A DNA stretch of 64,000 nucleotides. It comes from Patescibacteria group bacterium. Lineage in GTDB: Bacteria; Patescibacteriota; JABMPQ01; JAQVVF01. The stretch is from contig JAQVVF010000005.1 in the NCBI GenBank assembly GCA_028699085.1, forward strand, positions 79-64,078, read 5' to 3'. The translations under genes were made by a program, and so were the position numbers. Below the pieces are notes generated by a model that worked only from the letters and a program-made list of their open reading frames with translations, was not told the DNA's origin and searched no databases. This document shows, one piece after another, positions 8,797-18,111 of this stretch (position 1 is its first letter; every line of letters begins with the position of its first letter).

Positions 8797-9528
8797 ATGT
8801 TAAAAAACAAAACTGCCATTGTAACTGGTGCTGGTCAAGGTATTGGCAAGGGAATTGCCGTAGCTTTGGCAAAAGAAGGTTGCAATATTGTTGTTTCAGA
8901 TATCAATCAGGAAACTTGTGATCAAACTTTTGCTGAGATTACGAAATTGGGAGTTCAATCTATTGCTGTAAAATGTGATGTTTCAAAAAAAACAGAAGTT
9001 AATAATCTTTCAAAAGTTGTCGCAGAAAAATTTAATAAGATTGATATTTTAGTTAATAACGCTGGTATTTTTCCATTTGTTCCTTTTGCCAAAATGACTG
9101 AAGCTGATTGGGACAAAGTTTTAAATATTAATTTAAAAAGCATGTTCCTAACTTCCCAGGCTATTTCTTTGAATATGCCAGAAGGTGGAAAAATTGTTAA
9201 CATCTCCTCAGTTGCTTCTTTCATTGGTTTCGAAGGTTTAGTTCACTATTGCGCTTCCAAAAGTGGTGTTAATGGCTTGGTTAGAGCTTTAGCTTTAGAA
9301 TTAGCCCCTAGAAAAATCAATGTCAATGCTGTTGCCCCAGGAGCTATTGAAACTCCAGGTGCAAAATCGGACGAAAAAACAAAACAGCAAACTTTAATGA
9401 TGATTCCTCAAAAAAGAATGGGTAAACCAGAGGATATTGCTAATACTGTTGTCTTTTTAGCATCTGATAAATCAGATTATATTACCGGACAAGTTATAGT
9501 TGTTGATGGTGGTTGGACATTAAGATAA
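8797..9528 (+). CDS. SDR-family NAD(P)-dependent oxidoreductase (FabG-like)
   Basis: TGAGQGIG, NNAG, YCASK catalytic motif, ITGQVIVVDGG. Confidence 0.9.
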   Translation: MLKNKTAIVTGAGQGIGKGIAVALAKEGCNIVVSDINQETCDQTFAEITKLGVQSIAVKCDVSKKTEVNNLSKVVAEKFNKIDILVNNAGIFPFVPFAKMTEADWDKVLNINLKSMFLTSQAISLNMPEGGKIVNISSVASFIGFEGLVHYCASKSGVNGLVRALALELAPRKINVNAVAPGAIETPGAKSDEKTKQQTLMMIPQKRMGKPEDIANTVVFLASDKSDYITGQVIVVDGGWTLR

Positions 9529-9535
9529 TTATTTT

Positions 9536-10276
9536 ATGCTTAGTGCATTACTACTTACAACAATATCTGGACTGTCAACAGTTATTGGTGGCTTGGCAAT
9601 TTATATTATCAAGAATAAAAACAAATATTATAGTTTAGGAATGGGTTTTGCTGCTGGAGTAATGATTTATATCTCTTTTGTCGAATTACTTGGTAAGAGT
9701 ATAATAAAAATTGGATATGGAAAATCAATACTGTCATTTTTTATTGGGATTATTATAATTTTTCTTATTGATATTTTGATACCTCATCTCTATCAGGAAG
9801 AAAAAAAGATTATAACTAAACAAGGTAAGACTTTTACAAAAAGTGCGATTCTAATAACAATTGGTATCGCAATCCATAACTTTCCAGAAGGCATAGCAGT
9901 ATTCTATTCTTCTCTTGCTGGTTTAAGTTTTGGATTATTTATTACATTAGCAATAATATTGCATAATATTCCCGAAGGTTTTTCAATTGCAATGGCTGTC
10001 AATAAAGCCACAAATAACAGAAGAAGAGCAATCTGGTTTTGCTTTATTTCTGGTATTGCTGAACCAATCGGTGCCTTATTATCCATTATCTTTTTGTATC
10101 GTTTCATTGATCAAAATTTATTAAACATTATTTTAGCTGGAGTCGCTGGAGTTATGATTTTTATTAGTTTTGATGAATTATTGCCTCAAGCTTATACGCA
10201 AAAAAGTGCCCATCTAACAATTGGCGGCATAATAAGCGGTATGGCAATAATGTCAATCAGCTTATATTTCCTTTAA
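9536..10276 (+). CDS. zupT: ZIP-family divalent metal transporter (ZupT)
   Basis: AAGVM, HNFPEG and HNIPEG motifs, multiple TM segments. Confidence 0.9.
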   Translation: MLSALLLTTISGLSTVIGGLAIYIIKNKNKYYSLGMGFAAGVMIYISFVELLGKSIIKIGYGKSILSFFIGIIIIFLIDILIPHLYQEEKKIITKQGKTFTKSAILITIGIAIHNFPEGIAVFYSSLAGLSFGLFITLAIILHNIPEGFSIAMAVNKATNNRRRAIWFCFISGIAEPIGALLSIIFLYRFIDQNLLNIILAGVAGVMIFISFDELLPQAYTQKSAHLTIGGIISGMAIMSISLYFL

Positions 10277-10278
10277 TT

Positions 10279-11595
10279 ATGTCTCACAAAGAAAAAATTT
10301 TAGATATTATAAAACAATTAAAAAATTTAAAATCAAAGAATCAACCTGTTTCTTTTTCCAAAAAAACAGTTTCTCATTTTGTTCCATCAGCACACACATC
10401 AAGAGAAAAACTGCCCAAATTAGATTTAAAGTCTTTAGATTCTTTACTTAATATTGATCCAAAAAAAAATATTGGTATTGCTGAACCTGGTCTTACTTTC
10501 TCGGAATTATTAATAGAATCATTGAAATATAATTTAATTCCAGCTGTTGTCCCAGAATTAAAGACCATTACTTTAGGAGGTGCAATTTCCGGATGTTCAA
10601 TAGAATCAATGTCCTACAAGTATGGAGGATTCCATGATAGTTGTTTAGAATATGAAATAATCACTAGCAATGGAGAAATCATTATCTGCTCAAAAGATAA
10701 TAACCAAGATATTTTTGATATGATTCATGGTTCATATGGAACATTAGGAATAATTTCCAAAATAAAATTTAAATTATTGCCTGCCAAACCATATGTTCAT
10801 TTACTTTACAAAAAATATAATAATTTTGAGCAGTATTGGAATGATTTGCAAAAATACTGCCAGGAAAAACAATTTGATTTTATTGATGGAATAATTTATA
10901 ACACAAATTTATTTATTCTTTGTTTAGGCAATATGGAAGATTCTGCTCCTTTTACATCGAAATATGATTGGCTAAAAGTCTTTTATAAAGCTACTGCCAA
11001 GAAAGAAGAAGATTATTTTAAAATTTACGATTATTTTTATCGTTATGATGCTGATTGCCATTGGCTATCAAAAAAAATTCCGTTAATGGAAACATTTTTT
11101 GGCAGATTATTTTTTGGAAAGTTTGTTTTAGGATCAAGCAACTTAATAAAACTCTCCAAAAAGTTTGGGCCAAAAATTAATAAAGGCAAGAAACCAGATG
11201 TTGTTGTTGATGTTTTTATTCCTAACAATAATTTTCCACAATTTTATAATTGGTATAAAAAAGATTTTAATTTTTTTCCACTATGGATTGTGCCATACAG
11301 AGCTCCAAAAATCTACCCTTGGGTTTCTAACAGTTTAGCTAGCAAAATTGAAGATGCTTTTTTCATTGATGCTGCAATCTATGGTAAAGAAAACAATGAA
11401 AAAAATATTGATTATGCTAAAATGCTTGAAGATAAAGTTTTTGAACTTAATGGCATTAAGACTCTAATTTCACAAAACCATTATTCTAGAACAAGATTCT
11501 GGGAAATTTATAATTTTGAAAATTTTAAAAAAGTTAAACAAAAAACAGATCCAAATAATTTGTTTAATGATTTATATAAAAAAATGGTTAGATAG
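10279..11595 (+). CDS. FAD-binding oxidoreductase (VAO/PCMH family, DHCR24/TmsA-like)
   Basis: VVPELKTITLGGAISGCSIESMSYKYGGF, GSYGTLGII, C-terminal DP...DLYKK. Confidence 0.8.
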   Translation: MSHKEKILDIIKQLKNLKSKNQPVSFSKKTVSHFVPSAHTSREKLPKLDLKSLDSLLNIDPKKNIGIAEPGLTFSELLIESLKYNLIPAVVPELKTITLGGAISGCSIESMSYKYGGFHDSCLEYEIITSNGEIIICSKDNNQDIFDMIHGSYGTLGIISKIKFKLLPAKPYVHLLYKKYNNFEQYWNDLQKYCQEKQFDFIDGIIYNTNLFILCLGNMEDSAPFTSKYDWLKVFYKATAKKEEDYFKIYDYFYRYDADCHWLSKKIPLMETFFGRLFFGKFVLGSSNLIKLSKKFGPKINKGKKPDVVVDVFIPNNNFPQFYNWYKKDFNFFPLWIVPYRAPKIYPWVSNSLASKIEDAFFIDAAIYGKENNEKNIDYAKMLEDKVFELNGIKTLISQNHYSRTRFWEIYNFENFKKVKQKTDPNNLFNDLYKKMVR

Positions 11596-11615
11596 TTTAG
11601 TAAATAAAAAAAAGT

Positions 11616-12239
11616 ATGAAAACAAAAATGTACGCGTTACCAGCCTTGCCTTATGATTATAAGGCTTTAGTCCCGTTTCTTTCTGAAGAGCAATTAAAAA
11701 TTCATCATGACAAGCATCACAAAGCATACGTCGATAAAGCAAATGAAGTTTTAGGAAAATTAGAAATTGCCCGAAGAGAGGGGACAAAAATTGATGTTAA
11801 AGCAGTATCAAAAAATCTATCATTTCAAGCAGCTGGCGCATTATTGCACTCATTATTTTGGAAAAATTTAGCTCCAAAAGATCAAACGCAAACAGAACCA
11901 ACAAAAATTATTGGCGATGAAATTACAAAAGAATTTAGTAGCTTTGAAAGATTTAGAAAAGAATTTACAGATTGTGCAATCAATTGTGAAGGATCAGGCT
12001 GGGCAACACTTGCCTATGATCGACAGACAAATCATCTCGTAATTATGCAAATTGAAAAGCATAATATTAATATTATTCCAGGTCTAGATTTACTTTTAGT
12101 TTTAGATGTCTGGGAGCATGCTTATTATCTTGATTATAAAAATGAACGTCCAAAATATGTCGAAGCTTTCTGGCAAAATGTTAACTGGCAAGAAGTAGAG
12201 ATCAGATTAGACAAGGCGATACTTACCTTAAAGCAATAA
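11616..12239 (+). CDS. sod: Fe/Mn superoxide dismutase
   Basis: LPYDY.AL.P, HHDKHHKAYV, HSLFW, GSGW, DVWEHAYY. Confidence 0.95.
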   Translation: MKTKMYALPALPYDYKALVPFLSEEQLKIHHDKHHKAYVDKANEVLGKLEIARREGTKIDVKAVSKNLSFQAAGALLHSLFWKNLAPKDQTQTEPTKIIGDEITKEFSSFERFRKEFTDCAINCEGSGWATLAYDRQTNHLVIMQIEKHNINIIPGLDLLLVLDVWEHAYYLDYKNERPKYVEAFWQNVNWQEVEIRLDKAILTLKQ

Positions 12240-12251
12240 TTAAATAAATAA

Positions 12252-12278
12252 AAAATCTGCTAATCACTAGCAGATTTT
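12252..12278. terminator. Bidirectional intrinsic terminator
   Basis: aaaatctgcta-atcac-tagcagatttt between convergent genes. Confidence 0.75.
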
Positions 12279-12291
12279 ATTTACAAAAGAA

Positions 12292-12702
12292 CTAGATTTT
12301 ATTTGATAGAACTTTTTTAATTCTATGCATCAAATCAGCAATCTGCCATGGTTTTGAAATTGTGAATCTAGCTCCGGAATTTACTGCATCAGCAAGACTT
12401 TTGCTATCACTACCTGACAATATCGCCGTAATAACTATTTTTCGATATTCAGTTTGTTTTTTAGACAGAAAGCGGATTATTTTTATCAAATCAAGACCCA
12501 TTAGTCTAGGTAAGGATAGATCTATCAGAATCAAATCCGGAATATTATCTTCCAACCATTTTAAAGTATCAAAACCATCATTTTCAATATGCACCATATA
12601 TCCTTCTCGCTCTAATAGATCCTTAAGCCTCTGAACAAACAGCGTTTTACCTTCGCTATCAGCAATCAAAATTAGTTTAGGACGTTGTATTTCCTGGCTC
12701 AT
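12292..12702 (-). CDS. Stand-alone response regulator receiver domain (SD-bearing orphan)
   Basis: ILIADS, PDLILIDLSLPRLMG, KP motif; AAGGAGG upstream. Confidence 0.85.
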   Translation of the reverse strand: MSQEIQRPKLILIADSEGKTLFVQRLKDLLEREGYMVHIENDGFDTLKWLEDNIPDLILIDLSLPRLMGLDLIKIIRFLSKKQTEYRKIVITAILSGSDSKSLADAVNSGARFTISKPWQIADLMHRIKKVLSNKI

Positions 12703-12814
12703 TTTTTCCTCCTTGATTTTAAAGAACTTCTTTCTATTTTAATCCAAAAATAAATAAAAGCAAAAAAAATAGATCAAAAATGATCTGTTTTTTATTAAAA
12801 TAATTTTATTTAAA

Positions 12815-12887
12815 CGGGCCGGACGGGACTTGAACCCGCGACCTTCTCCGTGACAGGGAGACGTGAACTCCGCTTCACTACCGGCCC
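12815..12887 (-). tRNA. tRNA-Asp(GTC), CCA not encoded
   Basis: GGGCCGG acceptor, CTGTCAC anticodon loop, GGTTCAAGTCC T-arm. Confidence 0.95.
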
Positions 12888-12927
12888 AAATTTATTTCTC
12901 AATGGTTTGCATCACAGATTATATCAA

Positions 12928-13001
12928 TAGCAGGGGACGGATTCGAACCGTCGACCGCCACTTTATGAGTGTGGTGCTCTAACCAACTGAGCTACCCTGC
13001 C
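12928..13001 (-). tRNA. tRNA-CAT, probably elongator Met (Ile2 not excluded)
   Basis: GGCAGGG-TAGCTCAGTTGGTTAGAGC...CTCATAA...GGTTCGAATCC...CCCTGCTA. Confidence 0.9.
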
Positions 13002-13091
13002 TCAAAACAAATAACTAAATTATAAATTAAAAATGACAAAATTTAGAATCGTAAATTTTTCATTTATAATTTAGTTATTTTTAATTCAAAA

Positions 13092-13165
13092 TTGCGGGGG
13101 GCGGATTTGAACCGCCGACCTTCAGGTTATGAGCCTGACGAGCTTCCAAGCTGCTCTACCCCGCG
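13092..13165 (-). tRNA. Initiator tRNA-fMet(CAT)
   Basis: CGCGGGG start with C1:A72 mismatch, CTCATAA loop, GGTTCAAATCC. Confidence 0.93.
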
Positions 13166-13242
13166 ATAATACGTATATTATATATTAAACAATAAAAAAA
13201 GCAAGTTCACTTGCTCCTATCGATTATTGATGCAATATAAAA

Positions 13243-13445
13243 TTATTTAGGTCCGAAAAAATATTTTAATAACGGCAAAATAGCATAAAAAATAAATGCC
13301 AGAATTGCCACTAAAATAAGATAAACTCTCAAAATTTTTGCTTCTTCTAACATTTGATCCAAAGTCTAATTACATAAATCAAAGTAAACAACAAAACAAT
13401 TGTCGTGCATGCAAAAAATAATAGTAGTTTTTCTGTTAATTCCAT
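13243..13445 (-). pseudogene. Frameshifted 2-TM small membrane protein, or two overlapping single-TM peptides
   Basis: 13445-13347 MELTEKLLLFFACTTIVLLFTLIYVIRLWIKC* overlaps 13353-13243 MLEEAKILRVYLILVAILAFIFYAILPLLKYFFGPK*. Confidence 0.45.
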
Positions 13446-13605
13446 GACTTTAGTGATTAGTAAATAAGTAATTAGTAAGTAGTAAGTCATCTATATTATA
13501 AATAATATTTAAAAAGATGGCAACCTTTTAATTAATGATAATTCTTGTTAAACTGATAGAGAGCGATAACTAGTTACTAGTCACTTATTTACTAATTACA
13601 AAAAT

Positions 13606-14817
13606 ATGCTTACATTTTTACTTATCTTGACATTGATCTTGGTTTTAACTTGTGGCTTTTTAGCTTTCAATTTAATTAAAATTAATAAAAAGTTAGCAGA
13701 GCCTACGGATAATGAGAATGACAAAATTTTGCACGAGCGCATCGATAATTTAAATCAATATGTATCTCAGAATTTAAATCAAACTAACAAATCAATTTCT
13801 GAAAATTTGAATCAAGTTACCAAAACAATGTTAGCCCAAATAAGCTCTCAAACTACTCAACTCAATGAGCGCTTAAAAGAGAATAGTGAATTAATCCAAA
13901 AATCTCAAGGAACTGTTGGTTCGCGTTTAGACAATGCTGCCAAAGTCGTTAGTTCTGTCCAGACAAAATTAGCGCAAATGGAAGAATCAAATAAAAAGAT
14001 TTTTGAAGTCGGTAAAGATATTAGAGGTTTGCAAGAAATTTTGAAAGCTCCAAAACTTCGTGGATCTTTGGGAGAATTATTTTTAGGTGATTTATTATCT
14101 CAGACTTTTTCTAAAAATCATTATCAAGAACAATACATGTTCAAATCAGGTGAAAAAGTTGATGCCGTTATCAAGTTAAAAGATAATATGCTTGTTCCAA
14201 TTGATGCAAAGTTTCCATTAGAAAATTTCCATAAGATGATCAATTTAGCCAAGAATGATCAGGAAAAAAAGATGTACAAAAAAATGTTTAAAGACGACGT
14301 CAAAAAACACATTACCGCAATTTCCAAAAAATATATTTTGCCAGATGAAGGCACAATTGATTATGCTTTGATGTATATTCCAGCTGAAAATGTTTACTAT
14401 GAAACAATAATCAGAGATGAAGATGAAAATAATTTAGTTAATTTTGCTTATACCAAAAAAGTATTTCCAGTTTCTCCAAATTCACTCTACATCTATGTCC
14501 AAGCAATTTTACTTGGCTTAAAAGGCATGCAAATTGAAGAAGGAGCTAAAGACATGATGAATTATATTCAAAGATTGCAAGGTGATTTCAATAAGTTTGA
14601 AGATGACTTTAGTGTTCTGGGAAGTCACTTAAATAATGCCCACAAAAAATTTGATGATAGTGAAAAAAGATTAGGCAAGTTTCATGACAAACTAATCGAA
14701 ATTGATAGCAGAATTCCTCAGCCTGAAAAAATAGTTGTAGATAAAAAAGCTTTACCAATTAAGCCAGAAGTTGCTGTGCAAGTTACAGGGCAAGAAAACA
14801 TTAATTTATATAATTAA
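13606..14817 (+). CDS. rmuC: DNA recombination protein RmuC
   Basis: N-terminal TM, coiled coil, RG.LGE..L, IDAKFP, T.DYALMYIPAE, SP motifs. Confidence 0.9.
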   Translation: MLTFLLILTLILVLTCGFLAFNLIKINKKLAEPTDNENDKILHERIDNLNQYVSQNLNQTNKSISENLNQVTKTMLAQISSQTTQLNERLKENSELIQKSQGTVGSRLDNAAKVVSSVQTKLAQMEESNKKIFEVGKDIRGLQEILKAPKLRGSLGELFLGDLLSQTFSKNHYQEQYMFKSGEKVDAVIKLKDNMLVPIDAKFPLENFHKMINLAKNDQEKKMYKKMFKDDVKKHITAISKKYILPDEGTIDYALMYIPAENVYYETIIRDEDENNLVNFAYTKKVFPVSPNSLYIYVQAILLGLKGMQIEEGAKDMMNYIQRLQGDFNKFEDDFSVLGSHLNNAHKKFDDSEKRLGKFHDKLIEIDSRIPQPEKIVVDKKALPIKPEVAVQVTGQENINLYN

Positions 14818-17678
14818 TGCTTAAAGATCTCAATTTACAACAACGCCAAGCAGTCATGCATCAAAAAGGTCCACTCCTAATTGTTGCAGGCGCTGGCACA
14901 GGAAAAACAACAGCCATTACTAAAAAATTGGCTTATTTAATATTGGAAAAAAAAGTAAAACCAGAAAATATTTTAGCTTTAACTTTCACTGAAAAAGCAG
15001 CTGCTGAAATGGAGGAGAGAGTAGACAAATTAATGCCTTATGGCTATACCGATCTTTGGATTGAAACTTTTCATAGTTTTTGTGACCGGATTTTGAAAGA
15101 TAATGCTCTGGATATGGGGCTAGATCCAAATTACAAATTATTAACATCCGCAGAGCAATGGATGTTCATCAAATCAAAAATTTTTGATTTTGATTTAAAA
15201 TATTATCGACCATTAGGAAATCCAAATTCTTTTATTTCAGAATTAATCAAACATTTTTCGCGTGCCAAAGATGAAAATATTTTGCCAGATGAATATTTAA
15301 AATTTGTCAAAAAATTAAAACCAAACGATGATCTTGATCAGGAAGAAATTGATAAGATATCGGAAATAGCCAAAGCTTACAAGCAATACCAAGAATTAAT
15401 GGTTAAAGAAAGCCAAATGGATTTTGGAGATTTGATTATTCAAACTTTAAGCTTATTAAAAAAAAGAAAGCATCTTCTCAAAAAATATCAAAAACAATTC
15501 CAATATATTTTAGTTGATGAATTTCAAGATACTAATTTCGCTCAATATCAATTATTGCAGCTTTTAGCTCCTCCTCAATTGAATTTAACCGTTGTCGGAG
15601 ATGATGATCAAGCAATCTACAAATTCCGTGGCGCTTCTGTTAGCAATATTTTGCAATTTCAAAAAGATTTTCCCAAAAGCAAAAAAATTGTGCTAACAGA
15701 AAATTATCGTTCAGTTCAGCCGATTTTAGATTTAGCTTATAATTCAATTCAACTTAATAATCCAGATAGATTAGAGGCACAATATAAAATTAATAAAAAA
15801 TTAAAATCGCAAATTAAGTTAACAGACGATTTAGCAATTAATCATATTCATAAGGCAACTTATGAACAAGAAGCAGTAGAAGTCATTAAAAAAATTATTG
15901 AAATAAGACAGAAAGATAAGTCAAGCTGGTCAGACTTTGCTATTCTGGTTCGCGCTAATTCTTCTGCCGAAATTTTCATTAATTTATTATCTTCCAAGAA
16001 AATTCCATATCAATTTGTTGCTTCTCGCGGTCTTTATTCTCGTCCAGAAGTTATGGATTTGATTTCGTACTTACGGGTTGTCGCCAATTTTTATGATGAT
16101 ATTAATTTTTATCGCGTCTTAAGTTTACCAATCTTCAATCTAAATTCAGAAGATATTATTAGATTAGTTGCCTACAGTCGCCGTAAAAATTTAAGCATTT
16201 TTGATTTAGCTAGTACTCCAAGCAGAATAGTCGGCTTGAATAAAGAAAGCGCAGAAAAATTTAAAGTCGTTGTTGAATTAATTAAAAAGCACTCAAAACT
16301 TAGTCTAGAAAAAAATGCTGCTGAAGTTTTATTAGATTTTTTAAGAACATCAGGTTATCTAAAATATTTGCAGGCCAATAAAGATTTAGAAGCAGAAAAA
16401 AAGATTCTGAACATTTCTTTATTTTTTAAAAGAATACAAGAGTTGCAAGAGAACAAAAAATTAACAGTTCCAGAATTTATTGATCAATTAGATTTGATGA
16501 TTGAAGCAGGCGAAGATCCATCGCCAATCCAATTAGACGAAGGCCCAGATAGCGTTAAAATTCTAACCATCCATTCTGCAAAAGGTTTAGAGTTTGATAA
16601 TGTTTTTGTTGTTAACTTAGTTGAAGGAAAATTTCCATCTCGAAATAGAAAAGATTTAATTGAATTGCCAGAAAAATTAATCAAAGAACAATTACCAGGT
16701 ACAAATTCCAATATCCAAGAAGAAAGAAGACTCTTTTATGTTGCGATGACTCGCGCAAAAAAAAGATTATTTTTTACATCTGCCAACGATTATGGCGGTA
16801 AAAGAAAAAAGAAAATATCCAGATTTTTAGTAGAAATTAAAAAGAATATTGATAATTTAGATGATGCAACTTTGAATAATTTGCCTGATTTTAAGACTGA
16901 TGGTAGGGAGCAAAAAAATATTAATTTATCAGCAAAAAAAATAAAATATAAGTTGCCGATCAAATTTTCGTATACGCAGTTAAAAGCTTTTGAAACTTGT
17001 CCGCATCAATATCGCTTTCGTCATATTATTGGTTTACCATCATCAGGCGCTGCTTCTCAAAGCTATGGCAAAACAATGCATGCAGTTTTACAAAACTTTT
17101 TTTCAGATCTCCAAAAAGGAAAAAATCCAACCAAAAAAGATTTATTAAGTTATTACGAAAGTTTTTGGATCAATGATTTTTATCAAGATAAAAAGCACGA
17201 ACAAAAAAGATTTACCGAAGGCAAAAAAGCTTTATTAGAATTTTACAAAATAAATAAAAATAATTTAAAAGCGCCATTATTCTTAGAAAAAGGATTTAAT
17301 TTAAGAATTAAAGATACTTGCCTAAAAGGACAAATTGATCGTATCGATAAATTATCTGATGACACAGTGGAAATTGTGGACTATAAAACCGGCAAACTAC
17401 CAAAGAATGAGAAAGACGTTGAAAAAAATGAACAGTTGTTGATTTATTCTTATGCTTGCCAAAAAGTTTTAAATTTGAAACCATCAAAACTAAGTCTCTA
17501 TTTTATTGATCAAAACAAAAAATTTACTGCCAAGCAAAATCCTATTAAAGAAGAAAAAATAATTCAAAAAGTCCAAGAATTGATTGCTAAAATCAAAGAA
17601 TCTGAATTTAGCGCTAAGCCAGGCTTTGCTTGTAAATTTTGTGATTATAAAGATATCTGTGAATACGCTAGCAGGTAG
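14817..17678 (+). CDS. UvrD/PcrA-family helicase fused to C-terminal PD-(D/E)XK nuclease with Cys cluster (AdnAB/AddAB-like)
   Basis: AGAGTGKT, DEFQD, GDDDQAIY, TIHSAKGLEF, EERRLFYVAMTRAK; then CP..., G.IDRID, DYKTG, CKFCDYKDIC. Confidence 0.9.
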   Translation: MLKDLNLQQRQAVMHQKGPLLIVAGAGTGKTTAITKKLAYLILEKKVKPENILALTFTEKAAAEMEERVDKLMPYGYTDLWIETFHSFCDRILKDNALDMGLDPNYKLLTSAEQWMFIKSKIFDFDLKYYRPLGNPNSFISELIKHFSRAKDENILPDEYLKFVKKLKPNDDLDQEEIDKISEIAKAYKQYQELMVKESQMDFGDLIIQTLSLLKKRKHLLKKYQKQFQYILVDEFQDTNFAQYQLLQLLAPPQLNLTVVGDDDQAIYKFRGASVSNILQFQKDFPKSKKIVLTENYRSVQPILDLAYNSIQLNNPDRLEAQYKINKKLKSQIKLTDDLAINHIHKATYEQEAVEVIKKIIEIRQKDKSSWSDFAILVRANSSAEIFINLLSSKKIPYQFVASRGLYSRPEVMDLISYLRVVANFYDDINFYRVLSLPIFNLNSEDIIRLVAYSRRKNLSIFDLASTPSRIVGLNKESAEKFKVVVELIKKHSKLSLEKNAAEVLLDFLRTSGYLKYLQANKDLEAEKKILNISLFFKRIQELQENKKLTVPEFIDQLDLMIEAGEDPSPIQLDEGPDSVKILTIHSAKGLEFDNVFVVNLVEGKFPSRNRKDLIELPEKLIKEQLPGTNSNIQEERRLFYVAMTRAKKRLFFTSANDYGGKRKKKISRFLVEIKKNIDNLDDATLNNLPDFKTDGREQKNINLSAKKIKYKLPIKFSYTQLKAFETCPHQYRFRHIIGLPSSGAASQSYGKTMHAVLQNFFSDLQKGKNPTKKDLLSYYESFWINDFYQDKKHEQKRFTEGKKALLEFYKINKNNLKAPLFLEKGFNLRIKDTCLKGQIDRIDKLSDDTVEIVDYKTGKLPKNEKDVEKNEQLLIYSYACQKVLNLKPSKLSLYFIDQNKKFTAKQNPIKEEKIIQKVQELIAKIKESEFSAKPGFACKFCDYKDICEYASR

Positions 17679-17739
17679 ACAAATTTTGATTTATTTATTA
17701 TAATCATCTTAAGATCTATATATTTTTGTTTTTAAAAAA

Positions 17740-18108
17740 ATGACACTTCGTTCATATTTATTAGGTATGTTCTTCTCCACTATTGTCTGTTGGCTTGCTT
17801 TTGGCTTAATTTTATATTATGTTAACCCTTACAATTCTGGAGCATTGGGCTTAATTGCTTTTTATATTAGTTTATTTTTTGCCAGTATTGGCACTTTGAC
17901 ACTTATTGGATTCTATCTACGTGTTTGGTTTTCCAAAAATGAAATTTTATTTGCTCATGTCAATCCATCTTTCCGTCAAGCAATATTATTATCGATAATC
18001 TTAGTTGGTTCATTAGTTCTACAAGCTTTTAGACTTTTAACCTGGTGGGATGGATCGCTATTCGTTATAAGTATTGTATTAGTAGAATTTTATTTTATCT
18101 CAAGATAA
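17740..18108 (+). CDS. Hypothetical 4-TM membrane protein
   Basis: Four hydrophobic segments; 3 nt upstream of pheS. Confidence 0.75.
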   Translation: MTLRSYLLGMFFSTIVCWLAFGLILYYVNPYNSGALGLIAFYISLFFASIGTLTLIGFYLRVWFSKNEILFAHVNPSFRQAILLSIILVGSLVLQAFRLLTWWDGSLFVISIVLVEFYFISR

Positions 18109-18111
18109 TTT

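Noticed and set aside
12815-13165. tRNA cluster as the integration site of the defence island
   Set aside because: More than 4 kb from the island edge, and no duplicated tRNA 3' end was found
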